From: Octopus sinensis
Taxonomy: Eukaryota
Direction of reading: 5' to 3'
DNA length: 64,000 bases
NCBI RefSeq assembly: GCF_006345805.1
Contig: NC_043019.1
Span: 12,027,360 to 12,091,359, forward strand
Notes under the pieces: generated by a model
What the model saw: only the letters and a program-made list of their open reading frames with translations
What the model was told of the DNA's origin: nothing
Databases searched by the model: none
Shown here: piece by piece, positions 26,182 to 40,023 of the stretch
How the letters are laid out: every line of letters begins with the position of its first letter
Position numbering within the stretch: the first letter of the stretch is position 1
Program-made: the position numbers and the translations under genes

Positions 26182-26219
26182 GTGTGTATGTGTATATATA
26201 TTCTTTCATCTGTTTATTT

Positions 26220-26279
<60 letters not shown>

Positions 26280-26443
26280 GTCTATATATATATGTATATA
26301 CACACAACACATATACATATATGTATATATGTGTACACACACACGCGTGTGTATGTGTATATATATTCTTTCATCCGTTTATTTATACATACATACATAA
26401 ATACATACACATCTATATATATACATGTCTATATATATATACA

Positions 26444-26478
<35 letters not shown>

Positions 26479-26748
26479 TACATGTATATATATGTGTGTA
26501 CACACACATATATAGTGTAACATAAATCTCAACTGCTCTTCACAAAACTCATTCTCTTCTTTCCCACTTACGACTGACGCCTGCAGTGAATCATCACCAA
26601 GTCCACCACTTGTAAACCATTTCATAACTGAACTACCTTTATTATGTAATCCATTCATCTCTCTCTAATATTTTATATGTTTTAGCTAACCCCCACCACA
26701 TTCTTTTACATTTTCATTATTTTTTTTTCCTTACATGTGTCAGCAGAA

Positions 26749-26817
26749 ATGGGGGACAATTCCCAGTTGTCTTTAAACCATAAATTGGCAGCACTCAAAG
26801 AAAAATCCAGTAATCAG
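26749..26817 (+). CDS. GGPS1: Probable first coding exon of GGPS1 (MGDNSQLSLNHKLAALKEKSSNQ)
   Basis: Pyrimidine tract then CAGCAG acceptor (26741-26746), gaaATGG start context, 23 open codons, phase-0 donor CAG/GTAAAT matching the phase-0 acceptor at 42493. The N-terminus is not conserved, so the assignment rests on splice logic. Confidence 0.65.
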
Positions 26818-26878
26818 GTAAATTGTATCTCTTTTTCTTTCCTTTTTTATTTTATTTAATACTTTATGCTTGTTTTAT

Positions 26879-26957
<79 letters not shown>

Positions 26958-27222
26958 GGTTGGCAAACAGTCACCTGACAGTAAATCAAAACCATTTAAT
27001 TCCAATGTGTAACAGCTGAATGAATTTAATAAAAGCATCTAAATATGAAACATCATGAAAATTGTTCAAACTGAAGTCCTTCTTGAGCGACACATTTTTT
27101 CCATTCGAGTCAATACAGAATTACTGAGGGTATTTATGGAATCGTGATTTACTGTCGGGTGACTTTTGGCCAACTCTGTGTGTGTGTGCCTGTGTTTGTA
27201 TATATATATATATATATATATA

Positions 27223-27393
27223 GGCGCAGGAGTGGCTGTGTGGTAAGTAGCTTGTCTACCAACCACATGGTTCCAGGTTCAGTCCCACTGTGTGGCACCT
27301 TGGGCAAGTGTCTTCTACTATAGCCTTGGGCCAACTAAAGCCTTGTGAGTGGATTTGGTGGACAGAAACTGAAAGAAGCCCGTCGTATATATG

Positions 27394-27447
<54 letters not shown>

Positions 27448-27654
27448 TGTGTGTGTCTGTGTTTGTCCCTGTCCCCTAGCATTGCTTGACAACCGATGCT
27501 GGTGTGTTTATGTCCCTGTTACTTAGCGGTCCGGCAAAAGAGACCGATAGAATAAGTACTGGGCTTACAAAGAATAAGTCCTGGGGTCGAGTTGCTCGAT
27601 TAAAGGCGGTGCTCCAGCATGGCCGCAGTCAAATGACTGAAACGAGTAAAAGAG
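27223..27654 (+). mobile_element. SINE family A, full length
   Basis: A and B boxes, internal microsatellite, tail. Confidence 0.9.
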
Positions 27655-27972
27655 AATATATATATATATATATGTCTAAATTGAGGGAGTGAAATTGGTA
27701 AAATGCAGCCTATATATGTTTCTTAGCTAGCTGATCCTCTGAAGTAATAATTATTCAATGAGGGGTACTTAACTTAGGTAATCATCAGGCCAAGAATACC
27801 TTAATCAAATGAAGATTACACTCTCACTTGGAACTTCCAAGTTAACTCAGCTACAAATGTGAGTTTTAACACAAAGGGCAAGCTTTGGGGTCTCAGTAGT
27901 TACAACTGGTAGTGGGCTCTTAGTGATTTTTACAGGAAGATTTTTAAGGGACCATAAGAATGGAAAAACAAA

Positions 27973-28715
27973 TGGATTGTACCTTATATTGAATCTCTTT
28001 TAAGAGCATTCAAATGCCATTGCAACATGGAAATTATTGCTTCAGAGAGGTAAATTAAGTACTTCATCAAGTACACACTGAAAGGAAATGACGAAGCTGC
28101 TGTTCATATAACAATGATAACAAAATTAGTCAATATCTATTGTGAAGGTATATTGGCCCATCCGAAGCAGTTAAATCCATATTGGCTTCCGTGTCGGTGG
28201 CACGTAAAAAGCACCATCCGAATCGTGGCCGAAGCCAGTGCCGCCTCGACTGGCTTCCGTGCAGGTGGCACGTAAAATGCACCAATCCGACCGTGGCCGA
28301 TGCCAGCCTCGCCTGGCACCAGTGCAGGTGGCACTAAAAAGCACCCACTACACTCACGGAGTGGTTGGCGTTAGGAAGGGCATCCAGCTGTGGAAACATT
28401 GCCAGATAAGACCGGAGCCTGGTGCAGCCTTCTGGCTTCCCAGATCCCCGGTCGAACCGTCCAACCCATGCTAGCATGGAGAACGGACGTTAAACGATGA
28501 TGATGATGATGATGATGATGAAAGAGCACCTGCAATAGTGAGACTGCAAGTTCCTCTACCAGATGAACAAAGAATATTGCTCAGAAATAATGAGGATATA
28601 TATGGCTGTCAATGAACAACAGGAGAACAACATTGACAGAATTCTTTTCGTTGTGAATCAATGATGACTTTGCAAAAAACATTACTTTGTGCTGAAGTAC
28701 TTATGTTTTCCATTT
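27973..28715 (+). mobile_element. Helitron RepHel coding relic, split by an RTE-tail insertion
   Basis: WIVPYIESLLRAFKCHCNMEIIASER*IKYFIKYTLKGND...ISQYLL*RYIGPSEAV // RAPAIVRLQVPLPDEQ...TTLTEFFSL. Confidence 0.8.
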
Positions 28716-28963
28716 GAGACCTTCATAACAAAGTATGGTAAAGAAGAAAGTGAGGAAAAAAGCTGAAGGCCATTTGAACGTTTTCAAACAAGAAACACTT
28801 TATTGTGTTTATTTTGTCACACCAAAGGCAGGAGAACCGTATTATTTAAGAATTTTATTGCATGAAGTTTGAAATAGTATTTTTTCCTTTGCTGCCACTT
28901 ATTGACATTTTCAACTTGGAGTGGTCACACCATTCCAAATTACATCTAGTATATTATATATGT

Positions 28964-28965
<2 letters not shown>

Positions 28966-29039
<74 letters not shown>

Positions 29040-29110
29040 TATGTATATATATGTATATACATATATATGTATATATATGTATATACATATATATGTATAT
29101 ATATATATAT

Positions 29111-29153
<43 letters not shown>

Positions 29154-29159
29154 TATATA

Positions 29160-29220
<61 letters not shown>
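28966..29220. repeat. Long (AT)n microsatellite (representative; others at about 2616-2805, 7478-7532, 25921-25980, 26220-26300, 52820-52905)
   Basis: Direct reading. Confidence 0.95.
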
Positions 29221-29222
<2 letters not shown>

Positions 29223-30559
29223 TGTGTAAAAAATAGCATTCTATTTATACATATTTGAAGTTCATATATTTTTGTTTGACATATACAAAGTAGACTGACA
29301 GGTGGTTAATGGGTGGAGTCACAGAATGTTTCATTATCAATGAAATCCATCAGTCGGTGGCCACCCTGTCATTGGGTTGGAAATTTGGTTCTTTAACTTG
29401 ACATGCTGTTTGTTGCCCATAGTCATAATCAATTGAGCTGTGATTGGGAATTGGTTATGTCTCATCAAATAGCAGACACACCCTACAACTAAATGTTTCC
29501 AATTATCTTTTCTAGAACAATGAAAATAAATATGGGTACAATTCGTCGACAAACTCTCCTTCGACCGATAAAGTGAGTATTCATTGTTATCATCGCCATT
29601 GTTATTGTAGTTGCAGTTATTGTTGTTATTGTTGTTGTTGTTGTGTCTTAGCATATAAATGTTGTATGGATTCCTCTGAAAATGCCTTGTTTTGCCCTTT
29701 ACTGTATACTTATTTCAGTCCTTAGACTGCTGGGTTTCGGGGGGCCCCTCCTTTGAGGGATCAGTCACACAAATTGACACCAGTACCTGTTTTTTAAGTT
29801 CGGTACTTATTCTGTCAGTCTCTTTAACTGAACTGCTAAATAAAGAAACCAGTACCAATTGCCAAATGGTAGGAAAGGACACAGACAAAGAAGCACACAC
29901 ACACACATGCACACGCACACACACACACATGCACACGCACACACACACACACACACACTTTTATTCTTTTACTTGTTGCAGTCATTTGACTGAGGCCATG
30001 CTGGAGCAGTTCCTTGAAGGGTTTTAGCCAAATGAAACAACCTTAAGACTTATTTTTATGCCTAGTACTTATTCTATCTGTTTCTTTTGCCAAACTGCTA
30101 AGTTACAGAAATGTAAACACAACAACACTGGTTATCAAGTAGTAACGGGGGGACAGGCATGAAGACACACATACTCTCTCTCTCACACACATACACACAC
30201 ACACATGATGGGCATCTTCCAGACTTTCTGTCAACCAAATCCACTCACAAGGCCATAGTAGAAATCACTTGCCCAAGGTGCAATGTAGTGGGACTGAACC
30301 TGGAACCATGTGGTTGGAAAGCAAGCTTCTTACCACACGGCTGCACCTGTGCCTGTATATAGGTGAAATTAACATAAGAGATTCTTTGCCCCATCTAGAA
30401 ACCGTAGGACCTATTTAGAGGTTTCGCAAGCTCTTCCAAATCCATTGCAGTGTTGGAAACCCATCAGCAGGTATCTCAGGGTCACATGCATTTCATCCCT
30501 AAGACTGTATGCTTTACCTAAGTAGGGCAGCAAGGACAGAGCTAGTTTTCATCTACAGA

Positions 30560-31310
30560 AGGGCTCCACATGAGGTCTCTCATCAACCATAGCCATCCAG
30601 AGCATTTCAGCTGCTGTGACTATTTCCCTAATGTATTTCTTTAGTTGTTTGGGTTCCTCATGCCATCTCTTGAAAAGGGCTTCATCAACTAAGTCCTGAT
30701 ATTTTGATTTCTTTACCTGGTGGGAGTGTCTTTATGTCTGCCCCCCCCCCCCATTACCGCTTGACAACCACTGTTGTTGTGTTTACATTCCTGTAACTTA
30801 GCAGTTTGGCAAAAGAAACAGATAGAATAAGTACTAGGCTTTAAAAATAAGTCTTATGGTCGTTTCATTTTGGCTAAAACCCTTCAAGGCAGTGCTCCAG
30901 CATGGCCACAGTCAAATGACTGCAACAAGTAAAAGAATAATACCAAGTCTGTCCACCCAGGAACATGTCCTGTTGGACTGATGTTACCCATGTCTTCTCT
31001 GAGAAGACAAGTCTGCCCCTCGGGTCCACTTGCATCTCCCAGTATAAGGCTGAATGCAAAATAGAAAATGGGTCCCCTTCCATTGCTTTCGCCTTGGGAG
31101 CTTTGTCACCTTCCTTTGGGAATTTGATGCCATTTGGGTGGGTGGGGTGGCTGGTGTTTATTAGCTTTCACCCTTGCAGATCAGTCCACTTGGCAATTTC
31201 TAAAAGAACCTTGTCATATATCCATTTGTATCGGCCTTTTCTTAGTGCCCTAGGGCATCCTGTCAAAATGTAGTTCTGGGTCCCACACTGCTTGATGGAT
31301 GGGTCTTTTT
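30560..31310 (-). mobile_element. RLE-type (Hero/R2-like) non-LTR retrotransposon C-terminal relic, split by a SINE (about 30740-30940)
   Basis: CGTQNYILTGCPRALRKGRYKWIYDKVL...SALYWEMQVDPRGRLVF...QQDMFL // IREIVTAAE..GWLWLMR. Confidence 0.7.
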
Positions 31311-33196
31311 CTTTACCCCATATTTTAAGATTGTATGGTTTTGGCAAGAGGTCAGTGACAGTATGAAGGAAAAAGGATAATCTATTTTCCTGTATTGATG
31401 TATATATGTATAAAAGCACCATCCATTCGTGGCCGTTTGCCAGCTTTGTCTGGCACCTGTGCGGGTGGCACGTAAAAAGCACCCACTACACTCACGGAGT
31501 GGTTGGCGTTAGGAAGGGCATCCAGCCGTAGAAACACTGCCAGATCTGACTGGGCCTGATGAAGCCTTCTGGCTTCACAGACCCCAGTTGAACCGTCCAA
31601 CCCATGCTAGCATGGAAAACGGATGCTAAATGATGATGATGATGATGTCTGTGTGTGTATGTGTGCACACACACATCTGTATGTTTGTGTGTGTCTGTGT
31701 TTGTTTATGAGTGTATTTGTGCATATATCTATATCTATATATTTATGTATATATATGTGTGTGCGTGTGTGTGTGTGTGTGTGTAAGAAATAATTAAGAT
31801 TCCATTGAATTAGATATGTAAGTTGAGGCACCAAGTCAGTCTGGTATTATCTGCACTGCTAAAAGGTGGCGAGCTGGCAGAAACGTTAGCATGCCGGGCA
31901 AAATGCTTAGCGGTATTTCATCTGCCGCTACGTTCTGAGTTCAAATTCCGCCGAGGTCGACTTTGCCTTTCATCCTTTTGGGGTCGATTAAATAAGTACC
32001 AGTTACGCACTGGGGTCAATATAATCGACTTAATCCGCTTGTCTGTCCTTGTTTGTCCTCTCTGTGTTTAGCCCCTTGTGGGTAGTAAAGAAATATTTAT
32101 TATCTGCACAGCTCGAAGTAAGTTGATTAAAATCAAAATAAGCAACCAGGATGTCATGGTATTAGTGCATTACGTCCTATGGTCTTATGCATCTGAAGAT
32201 GGCAGTGTATTTCAAATGGACGTAATGATTGCATTGTTTGATTAAATGGACCTGCTTGAAGCAGCCGTAATGCATTAATACCTTGACATCCTTGTTACTT
32301 ATTTGCTTTCTATGTATGTATGTATAATCACCATCTTTTGGCATGGTTTCTATGGCTGGATGCCCTTCCTAATACCAACCACTTTACGGAGTGCTGGGTG
32401 CCTTTTATGTAGCACTGGTATCAGTGCTTTATACATGGTGCCAGGATGGGTGGTTTTTATGTGGCAACAAACACCTGCAAGTTAGAGAGACAAAGATCTT
32501 TTAGCTGAGAGAAGGAGTGGAATCGAGAGACTAGAATATGATAGAGGGCCAGAGGTAGCTCTCTTGCTGTTGAAGAGATACTTGGCTCCCTCAGTTGGAC
32601 AAGGAAGGAGAGAAAGGTGGAAGAGAGTGACAGAGAGAGAGAGAGAGAGACTGTAGTGAGAGAGAGAGAGAGAGGGCCTGCCCACAGGGAACAGTGAGAG
32701 TAGTATAAGTTGTACAGAGGGGGGAATGTTCCATAAGAATGTGAGGGGAGATGTTTAGAGATAGCAGAGAAAGCAAGTGATGTTGAGAGGAATGGGAAGT
32801 GGCCGGGAGGTGGAGTATGGTAGGCATGTGAGAGCATGGAGTGAGTGCAGATAGGCATGTGAGGGAGAATGGAGAGACCCCGCAGTGGGTGGTGGTGGGG
32901 TGTGGGAATTATGGGTCGGGTGGGAATAGTTTGATAGAGGACAGAACTGTGTGTATGTGAGGGGTGGGGGGCATGGTTGTAAAGGATATGCCTGCATGTA
33001 TAGATAGCCATGTTTTTGCTTAGCTTGACATGTCTTCGCAAGCACAGCAAATTATCAGGATCCTTGGTCTCTTGTCATTATCTCCTCAGTCAGGCTCAAT
33101 ATCTGAAGGTCGTTTCTCACTCACCACTTCCGTCCCACATCTTCTTGGGTATCCCCCTTTCCACAGGTTCCGGGCCACAATTAGAGCTTGGCACTT

Positions 33197-33227
<31 letters not shown>

Positions 33228-33444
33228 TGTGTGTGTGTGTGTGTATGTATATAGATTGATAGATAGATAGAGAAACAGATAGATAGATAGACAGATAGAC
33301 AGGTATATAGATAAAAAGATATATATAGAGAGATAGATAGATAGATAGATAGATAGATATAGATAGATAGACAGATAGGAAGGTAGGTAGATAAAAAGAT
33401 ATATATATATAGAGATAGATAGATAGATAGATAGATAGATACAT

Positions 33445-33487
<43 letters not shown>

Positions 33488-33497
33488 CAGACATACA

Positions 33498-33529
<32 letters not shown>

Positions 33530-33536
33530 CATACAT

Positions 33537-34800
33537 ACACAGGAGGTCAGCTGAAAGTTCATAGGTTGACTAAGATACTCTGGTGGAATGTGATTAAATG
33601 ATATCTATTTTTCAACACAGTTCCCCTTGCGGTCCATTGGTGTTGCAGTGCTTTTGGTGAAGATTTAATCCTGTTGATGTGAAGAGTCATCAACAGCAGA
33701 TATGATGTCATCATCACTGCGATACTGATTCTGAGCCAAGTGTTTTGTCATGTTGGGGAGCAGATGACAGTCAGATGGAGCCAGATGAAGAGAGTAGTGA
33801 CGAGGATCAACCAGTTCAAAGACACAGTCATGGATAGCAGTCATTAAAACCAAGGACTTCTTGTGTGCTGGAGCATTGTCCTGATGAAACAAGCCCCACT
33901 CTTTTCGTCAGATTTCTTGAGCATTTGTCTTGATAGCCTTTTGTAACCCCCTCAGCAATTTAGAATGATACTATCCATTGTCTGTGTTGGTGGCACGTAA
34001 AAACCACCAACTGATCGTGGCCATTTGCCAGCCTCCCCTGGCACCTGTGCTGGTGGCATGTAAAAAGCACCAACTGATTGTGGCCACTGCCAGCCTCCCC
34101 TGGCACCTGTGCCGGTGGCACGTAAAAAGCACCAACTGATTGTGGCCACTGCCAGCCTCCTCTGGCCCCTGTGCAGGTGGCACATAAAAAGTACCCACTA
34201 CACTCACGGAGTGGTTGGCGTTACGAAGGGCATCCAGCTGTAGAAACACTGCCAGATCAGACTGAAGCCTGGTGCAGCCTCCTGGCTTCCCAGACCCCGG
34301 TCGAACCGTCCAACCTGTGCTAGCACGGAAAACGGACATTAAACGATGATGATGATGATGATGATTGGTGGTGTGGTCCTTTTGAAGATAGTCAATAAAC
34401 ACAATGCTTTTTGCATTCCAGAAGACTGAAGCCCTCATCTTCTTTGCTGATGAAAAAACCTTGGCCTTTTTTGGAGCAGGGGAGGATGGTTGTTTGCTTT
34501 GCATGGGTTGTCTCTTTGTCTCTTGTTCCAAGTGATGAACCCAACCAACACTCATCCTAAGTTAGGAAACTTTCAAGGAAACTAGCTGGATCTGCATCAA
34601 ACAATGTCAGCTTTCTCTGTGATGTGATCAACCTGGTGTGCTTTTAATGAGGTGTTAGAAGCACCATTGATTGTCAAGTGATGGTGACAGTGGGGCACAA
34701 ACATGAAGCACACATAGTGTAAAAGCCTTGTAGTATGCTATGCAAAGCTTCTCCACAGTTATTGGCCATCAAATGTCATCATACAGTGGGAATATTCCTG
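33537..34800 (-). mobile_element. mariner transposase relic, interrupted by an RTE tail (about 33975-34365)
   Basis: WVHHLEQETKRQ...SVFWNAKSIVFIDYLQKDHT // FHQDNAPAH...YSLHLAPSDCHL...DRKGNCVEK*. Confidence 0.88.
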
Positions 34801-34973
34801 TCACTGGATATACTTCTCAAATACCAAAGTATCTGTAGAGTTTATACGAAGGGATAACTTAGAGAAAATGGATCGAACGAAGCACATGAAACCATCTCTC
34901 CTTATCGTTTTACCACATCATTATCTCTAAATGCTTAATTTCAGCTTTATTTTGTTTAATTTTAGTTCTTATT

Positions 34974-35194
34974 TTACTCTTTTTACTCTTTTACTTGTTT
35001 CAGTCATTTGACTGCGACCATGCTGGAGTGCACCGCCTTTAATCGAGCAACTCGACCACGGGACTTATTCTTTTGTAAGCCCAGTACTTATTCTATCGGT
35101 CTCTTTTGCCGAACCGCTAAGTAACGGGGACATAAACACACCAGCATCGGTTGTCAAGCAATGCTAGGGGGACAAACACAGACACACAAACACA

Positions 35195-35248
<54 letters not shown>

Positions 35249-35412
35249 CGACGAGCTTCTTTCAGTTTCCGTCTACCAAATCCACTCACAAGGCTTTGGT
35301 CGGCCCGAGGCTATAGTAGAAGACACTTGCCCAAGGTGCCACGCAGTGGGACTGAACCCGGAACCATGTGGTTGGTTGACAAGCTACTTACCACACAGCC
35401 ACTCCTGTGCCT
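34974..35412 (-). mobile_element. SINE family A, full length
   Basis: Reverse complement of the family A pattern. Confidence 0.9.
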
Positions 35413-35914
35413 GTTTTGTTTTTTTTTCTTCCTAATAATCTGACAGTGAACACAGATTTGTATTTTTTAATTTACTGGGCAAGGGGTATTTTTTTTTGTT
35501 TTTGTTTCTTTATTTTCAGCAAATGTAGACTGAGATTTAGGGGTCCCTGATGGACGGACAGACAGAATTTGACGTTTATTATAATAGATTTATTTATTTT
35601 TATTTCTGTTTTATTTATATTTTGTGAACAATAGAATTGTTGGTTCCAGGTTTGTAACACACCAATCACTGGTTCACTACATTTTCAATGGCAAGTGTGG
35701 AAAGGGGATGTCTGTGCAACATGGGCAGAATAAACACCACAAGGTACATTTTGTCTGAATGCTTTGGTTTATTATTGGTTTTCTTTCCAATGGCTACATT
35801 ATTTTACCAATGAATATTGGTGACAGATTTACACAATAAGAAAGCATGCATACACATACAAATGCGTGTATGTGTGTACATATGTGTATGTATGTGTGTG
35901 TGTATATATATATA

Positions 35915-35953
<39 letters not shown>

Positions 35954-36599
35954 GAAGTAATTAAGATTCAGTTGAATTAGGTACTTAAGTTGAAGCACCA
36001 AGTCAGTCCGGTATTATCTGCACAGCTTGAAGTAAGGTGAATAAAATCAAAATAAGCAACAGGATATCAAGTAGTAATGCAGTATGACCGTTTTAAGTGG
36101 CTCCATTTCATTGAACAATGCAATCATTACATCAATTTGAATACAGTGCTATCTTCAGCTGCACAAAAAAATATGTGGAACTTCAACAGGTAGGCTACAT
36201 TAATATAATTTTTCTTAAATATTTCAACAGAGGAAGAAGATGTATAAATTCATGTTGTCACTATTGTTGCAAGAATGGCTAAGAAAAACAGACTACAATT
36301 TCTTAGAATAGCATGGAGCATAGTGGGGTCATAGGGTTGTATGTAATTCATTTCCAATTTATTTATCTCTTTATCATCTACTAAAATCTGAGACTAGAAG
36401 ACTGTATATTTAGAATAAAGAGCAAAAGGGAGTTGTCTGCTCATGACTAGCTATTAGTCATAAATATTGTCATAGGTATTCCTTTACCCACAAGAGAAAA
36501 AAAAAAGCTTTAGAAAGAGTCAATTAGATAGAAATAACTATCTATAAAAAAAAGAGGTAGGGTAAGGATCGACATTAATTCATGATGTTAATTACCAGT

Positions 36600-37400
36600 T
36601 AAAGGGGCAAGACACTATGAAACTTAAGATACTATAATGAGATACAGAAAAAAATATTAGGGGCTCAATGGATGAACGTTTTTAAGCGATATTATTGTTG
36701 TATAAAAATGAAATAAAATTTTTTAAAATTCAAGAAAATGATATAACCAAAATAGCTAAAAGGTGTGTATGTATCAATTATAAACATTAAAAGGAAGATT
36801 ACTATTATGTAGAACCTCTTCTTTATTTAATTAATTAATTATTTGGCGGTTTCTATAAAATAACAATTTATAAAGGATAAGAGGTTAATAAGGTAAGCAT
36901 ACCAAAATAAGAAAACAAAATAATAAGAAGAATTTATACAAAAATAATCAGAAAATTTATGTTCCTAACACCAACTGAATGATAACTAAGTTATTTTACT
37001 AAATTCTTTGTAATATTTAAAGTAATTGAAAGAAACACAGAGCATCTCAAAATAAATACAGTAACTAAAGGGTTAAACCAGTATTGACAATACTAATATT
37101 ATTATTACTAATTCCTCTTACTAATTTTATATTCTTTCTATTAAACCTGGCTATGATGGTACCTATATTCGGGAGGGTAGAATATGAAATTCTGATTTGT
37201 TTTACAGGAAAATATTCTATTATATCTATGGGATTCAGGGAAGCTTTTATCTAAAATTGCCATAAATTTCTTATATATACTGGTGGATATAGCTCAGTTG
37301 AAGGGAACATTATACCAGACTATATTGCTATTTCAGGGCCTCTTATGTATATGAGGGTGGAATCTATCTACTCTTCTTCTGCTTTCTAAACTCACTATTG
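36600..37400 (+). mobile_element. Possible highly degraded Penelope-like RT fragments
   Basis: Weak similarity (ILGA.M; GNIIPDYIAISGPLMYMRV) in AT-rich sequence interrupted by a MITE. Confidence 0.3.
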
Positions 37401-39256
37401 GTATTTATCTTACCATTAGAGGATGGAATAGTCCACTCAATCGTTTCACTACAATTATTATCACGTGATCACGTGACCGACCAGACCATCAGATGTTGTT
37501 ACATATCGCTGGTCACAATGCGTTTGCATTGTTTTAGCCTTCGAATGACGCCACCCCGCTGGCTAAGAGAGCAGGCCAACAGAAGAAAGAGTGGGAAAGT
37601 GGTGAAAGAGTACAGCAGGGATCACCACCCCCTGCCGGAGCCTCGTGGAGCTTTTTAGGTGTTTTCGTTCAATAAACACTCACAACGCCCGGCCTGGGAA
37701 TCGAAACCGCGATCCTACGACCGCGAGTTCAGTGCCCTAACCACTGGGCCATTGCGCCTCCACACAATTATTATATAAACTATAAATCTTACTGGTCTTA
37801 GACTCTAATTTCCTATTGTTACTTATCTTATTTTTTGAATTAATAGGTTTGTTGGATGCTTTCACAGTAGGTCTGTTTTCCTGACTAAGTGGGTCTGCGA
37901 CAAGCATCGGCAACCTACCCGACCCGTCTTGGAGTGGGGCAGAGGTGCCAAGTGTGAGTGGGTGAGTTAGGGAGGTATGACGAAAGAGAAAGTTCACCTC
38001 GGCAGAATCTGAACTCAAACCACAAAGAGCAGGACTGCAGAGAGGTGTTTGTGGTTAATGGCTGTGACTAACGTGATTGATATCTTTGATATCAGTCATA
38101 TTAGCTGATGTCAAAGATATCAGCTAATATCAAGGATATCAGTTAATATCAAATATATCAGCTATGTGTGACAGAGAAATAGTGTTGTTATAGCATTGTG
38201 ATATGTTGTGGATGTTTCTGGATAGAGTTGGAGAGATAGTGTTGTTAGGATGGCATTGTAGTTGTGTTGTGGGGTGTTGTAGATGTGTTTGGATTGAAGG
38301 TGGCGAGCTGGCAGAAATGTTAGCATGCTGGACGAAATGCTTAGCAGTATATCGTCTGCCGCTATGTTCTGAGTTCAAATTCCGCCGAGGTCGACTTTGC
38401 CTTTCATCCTTTCGGGGTCGATAAATTAAGTACCAGTTACGCACTGGGGTCGATGAAGTCGACTTAATCCGTTTGTCTGTCCTTGTTTGTCCTCTCTGTG
38501 TTTAGCCCCTTGTGGGTAGTAAAGAAATAAGTATTTCGTCTGCCGTTACGTTCTGAGTTCAAATTCCGCCGAGGTCGACTTTGCCTTTCATCCTTTCGGG
38601 GTCGATTAAATAAGTACCAGTTACGCACTGGGGTCGATGTAATCGACTTAATCCGTTTGTCTGTCCTTGTTTGTCCTCTCTGTGTTTAGCCCCTTGTGGG
38701 TAATAAAGAAATAGGTATTGTAGTTGTGTTGTGGGGTGTTGTAAATGTGTTTGGATTGAAAGAGATAGTGTTATTAGGATGGTGCTGTAGATATGTCAGG
38801 ACTGAGTTGGAGAGATGGTGTTGTAATAGTGTTGGGGGACATTGTAGATGTATCTGTTTATACGCAGTATCCATGGTCACACAAGATACTGAAAAATGTC
38901 ATGTCCACCTTACAAGATCTGATTAATCATTCTATTGGTTACCTTAACTCCTTGGATGTGACAGGGCTTACTCAAAGACAATGGCAACAATAAAATAGTG
39001 ATAGACATACAAAACATCTGTAGCTTGTCTGTTAGTAGAATTAGAATTAGCTTCTGAAATACTAATTGTCCTTGGCCTAGTTGTTAATTATGTAGTATTA
39101 AGCTGCTGCTGGTAATTATTGTTGTTGTTGTTGCTGTTGAATAACATTGCATACAGAAAGGTCCTAATTGAAAAGAATGAGAGAAAGGAAAAAACATGTT
39201 TTTTTTTTTTATTAGCTTTTGTGTTTGGCCAACCCGTTGTGGCTTGGGAATATATG

Positions 39257-39790
39257 TAGTGGTGGTGGTGGTGGTGGTGGTGGTGGTGGTGGTGGTGATA
39301 TTGGTAGTAGTAGCAACAACAAAAGTAGTAGTAGTAGTAATAGTAGTAGTGGTCATAGTAGTAGTAGCAACAGCTGTAGCAGCAGCAACAAAAGTAGTGG
39401 TAGTTGTAGTAATAGCAGCAGCAGCATCAGTAGTAGTAGTAGTAGTAGTAGCTGCAGCAGCAAAAGTTATAGTAGTAGTAGTAGTAGTAGTAGTAGCAGC
39501 TGCAGCAGCAAAAGTTATAGTAGTAGTAGCTGCAGCAGCAAAAGTTATAGTAGTAGTAGTAGTAGTAGCAGTAGCAGCTGCAGCAGCAAAAGTTATAGTA
39601 GTAGTAGTAGTAGTAGTAGCAGTAGCAGCTGCAGCAGCAAAAGTTATAGTAGTAGTAGTAATAGTAGTAGTAGTAGTAGCTGCAGCAGCAAAAGTTATAG
39701 TAGTAGTAGTAGTAGTAGTAGCAGCTGCAGCAGCAAAAGTTATAGTAATAGTAGTAGTAGTAGTATAGTAGTAGTAGTAGTAGTAGTATA
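39257..39790. repeat. Compound (GGT)n/(AGT)n repeat with about 7 gcagctgcagcagcaaaagttata modules
   Basis: Direct reading. Confidence 0.9.
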
Positions 39791-39918
39791 ACCCCACCAT
39801 TATTTTCAAGCATGTTTTGTTTCACGAGGGTCAGTCCATGATTCTGAAAAACTATGAAAACATTTCTAATAAAAAAACTCTGCCTCGTTTGCTATTTTGT
39901 GTTAATGTGTCTTTGCTC

Positions 39919-39951
<33 letters not shown>

Positions 39952-40023
39952 GTTGTTGGTGTTAGGGTCTTTGATAAAAATAGCAGAGTGGCAGAAAGAA
40001 CAGAACAATGGATTAAAAACCCT

